Origin: Nanohaloarchaea archaeon B1-Br10_U2g21
Lineage (GTDB): Archaea; Nanohalarchaeota; Nanosalinia; Nanosalinales; Nanosalinaceae
Length of the DNA stretch: 59,507 nucleotides
Assembly (NCBI GenBank): GCA_001563915.1
Contig: LKMP01000005.1
Location: 1-59,507, forward strand
Direction of reading: 5' to 3'
Under the pieces are notes generated by a model that worked only from the letters and a program-made list of their open reading frames with translations, did not search any database and had not been told where the DNA came from. The first letter of the stretch is position 1, and each line of letters starts with the position of its first letter. The position numbers and the translations under genes were made by a program. Positions 57,942 through 59,507 of the stretch are shown here, piece after piece.

Positions 57942-58640
57942 ATGGTATATGAAGCCATTGCAGCATCGGGCAGTAGCCCTTACATTTGGGCATATATAAT
58001 AACTGCCTTTTTGAGCGGTTTGGCCTTCCTATACCTCAGCAGAATATGGGATAACGTGCCTAGAAGATTCCCGATAGTCCACTTCTTTATTGTGACTTGG
58101 TCGGGGCTTATGTACCTTAACTTCGTTGAGGGACAGACTTTGATAAGCGATTATGCGTGGTACGTTGACTGGATGATATCTACTCCGTTGATTGTGCTAG
58201 CATTAGCTATGACAGCTACGTACAAGTCGGAGAAGAATCACTATGATCTGATAGCCGCTTTGATGGGGCTACAGTTCATGCTTATCGTCACAGGAATTAT
58301 CTCTCAGGAAGCTGCAGCCTCAACAGCTTACGCGTTTTGGATTGGCTGTGGTTTACTGGCTGGAGTAGCGTACCTTCTATGGGTGCCGTTCCGAAAAATT
58401 GCTGAGGAGACATCAGACGTACTCGCTAAGAAGTACAAGCTACTAGCAGGATACATCACAGTATTCTTTGCGCTGTATCCGGCAGCGTGGTACTTAAGCG
58501 AAGTAGTCTATCCTGAAGGCCCGGCAATGCTAGGCGCCTTTGAGACATCTCTGGCTTTCGTAATCCTGCCGTTCTTCTGTAAGCAGGTCTACGGATTCCT
58601 AGATATGTATCTGATCCAGAAAGCTGGAGAGGAAATCTAG
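57942..58640 (+). CDS. Xenorhodopsin (light-driven inward proton pump), Nanosalina-type
   Basis: 7 TM; HFFIVTWSGLMY, helix C WYVDWMISTP, helix G LPFFCKQVYGFLD (Pro in place of the second counterion, retinal Lys, cytoplasmic Asp). Confidence 0.93.
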   Translation: MVYEAIAASGSSPYIWAYIITAFLSGLAFLYLSRIWDNVPRRFPIVHFFIVTWSGLMYLNFVEGQTLISDYAWYVDWMISTPLIVLALAMTATYKSEKNHYDLIAALMGLQFMLIVTGIISQEAAASTAYAFWIGCGLLAGVAYLLWVPFRKIAEETSDVLAKKYKLLAGYITVFFALYPAAWYLSEVVYPEGPAMLGAFETSLAFVILPFFCKQVYGFLDMYLIQKAGEEI

Positions 58641-58670
58641 AACCGCTACAACAAAAAAACCTCTAACACT

Positions 58671-58690
58671 TTTTCTTTCTTTTTATTTAT
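58671..58690 (+). terminator. T-rich putative terminator after xenorhodopsin
   Basis: ttttctttctttttatttat. Confidence 0.4.
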
Positions 58691-58725
58691 CTGATAACAA
58701 AAACATTATTGAGGACGAAAACTAG

Positions 58726-59507
58726 ATGATAATAGGCAGCTTTGAATTAACAATTCTATTGTCTGCTGCAACCGTTCTCGGAATAACCGCATATTATCTG
58801 AAACAGCCAACACTCGTAGCATACCTATTTGCAGGGATAATTATCGGGCCTTCCGCGCTAGGGTTAACTGACACAACACCTCTTACTGAAACCGCCGCCG
58901 AATTAGGGCTCGCATTTCTACTTTTCCTTATAGGCCTTGAACTAAACTTTAATGAGATAAAACACATTTTAAGGCCTGTAACAAAAATTTCCGTTGGCGT
59001 GATGGCCTCTCTATGTATTTTAACTACTTTAACAGGAGTCTTAATAGGCCTGACCGTGTTTCAATCATTTTTACTAGGCTTAGCGTTTATGTATAGCTCT
59101 ACAGCCATTGTAGAAAAGTTTTTGTCCGATATGCATCTTGTGGATGAGACGTTCGGAGAACTTAATACAGGAAACCTTATTATACAGGATCTGGCGGTCG
59201 TACTGCTAATGGTTATAATTACGTCAACGAGTGGTGGAGAAGGCATAATAGATAGTTTAGCTTATGCATCGGTCTTTCTTGTCTCAGCTATTGGTTTAAC
59301 TCTGATCGCTTCCAAAATACTTCTTCCCCGGCTAATGTCTTATATGGCTTCCAGAAATCTTCCCATATTTATAACGGGCATGGCTTGGCTATTTCTATTT
59401 TTAATAGCTGCAGAAATATCGGGTATGAGTGTTGAAATTGGTGCATTCATCGCAGGTTTAGGGCTCGGCCAACTAAATTTCTCTGAAGAGATTAAACACG
59501 ACATCAA
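58726..59507 (+). CDS. Cation:proton antiporter, CPA2 (KefB/KefC-like); runs off the window end
   Basis: Manual translation MIIGSFELTILL...KQPTLVAYLFAGIIIGP...AELGLAFLLFLIGLEL...SSTAIV...GNLIIQDLAVV; absent from the ORF track because no stop is in the window. Confidence 0.88.
   Translation, partial: MIIGSFELTILLSAATVLGITAYYLKQPTLVAYLFAGIIIGPSALGLTDTTPLTETAAELGLAFLLFLIGLELNFNEIKHILRPVTKISVGVMASLCILTTLTGVLIGLTVFQSFLLGLAFMYSSTAIVEKFLSDMHLVDETFGELNTGNLIIQDLAVVLLMVIITSTSGGEGIIDSLAYASVFLVSAIGLTLIASKILLPRLMSYMASRNLPIFITGMAWLFLFLIAAEISGMSVEIGAFIAGLGLGQLNFSEEIKHDI

Noticed and set aside
59061-59246. Minus-strand 61-aa ORF
   Set aside because: Antisense to the CPA2 antiporter CDS
1-59507. tRNA, rRNA, IS elements, integrases, CRISPR arrays
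   Set aside because: None recognised by eye; the intergenic spaces are short and AT-rich; a tRNAscan/Infernal run would be needed to exclude small RNAs

Overview
Archaeal chromosome segment, most likely Nanohaloarchaeota (DPANN): archaeal-type r-proteins, a very acidic proteome in AT-rich DNA, and a Nanosalina-type xenorhodopsin. Layout: (1) 1-7438, distal spc operon (L14 to L15, secY). (2) 7.5-10 kb, RmuC and small hypothetical genes. (3) 10.1-41.3 kb, a surface-protein locus. A 1240-aa membrane-anchored protein is divergent from an apparent operon encoding a 7852-aa giant surface protein that ends in a TM helix and a cytoplasmic HerA/VirB4/FtsK-like ATPase, a 624-aa short paralog with a ~97% identical ATPase, an acidic coiled-coil protein and a Zn-ribbon/TM protein. 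(4) 41.4-45.1 kb, small membrane genes, a stop-interrupted lipoprotein and a Zn-ribbon-less TFB fused to a membrane ORF. (5) 45.2-54.6 kb, an arginine island bracketed by two argS paralogs (arcA, argG, an ArgZ/DDAH-like hydrolase, argH, pdaD, wHTH). Upstream of argG is an unannotated Arg-rich leader peptide followed by a hairpin and a U8 tract, resembling a translation-coupled attenuator. (6) 54.7-59.5 kb, membrane proteins, rhomboid protease, amphi-Trp protein, xenorhodopsin and a partial CPA2 antiporter. The best novelty candidates are the giant-adhesin/ATPase machine and the argG leader attenuator. All family calls come from motif recognition by eye; no database searches were run.
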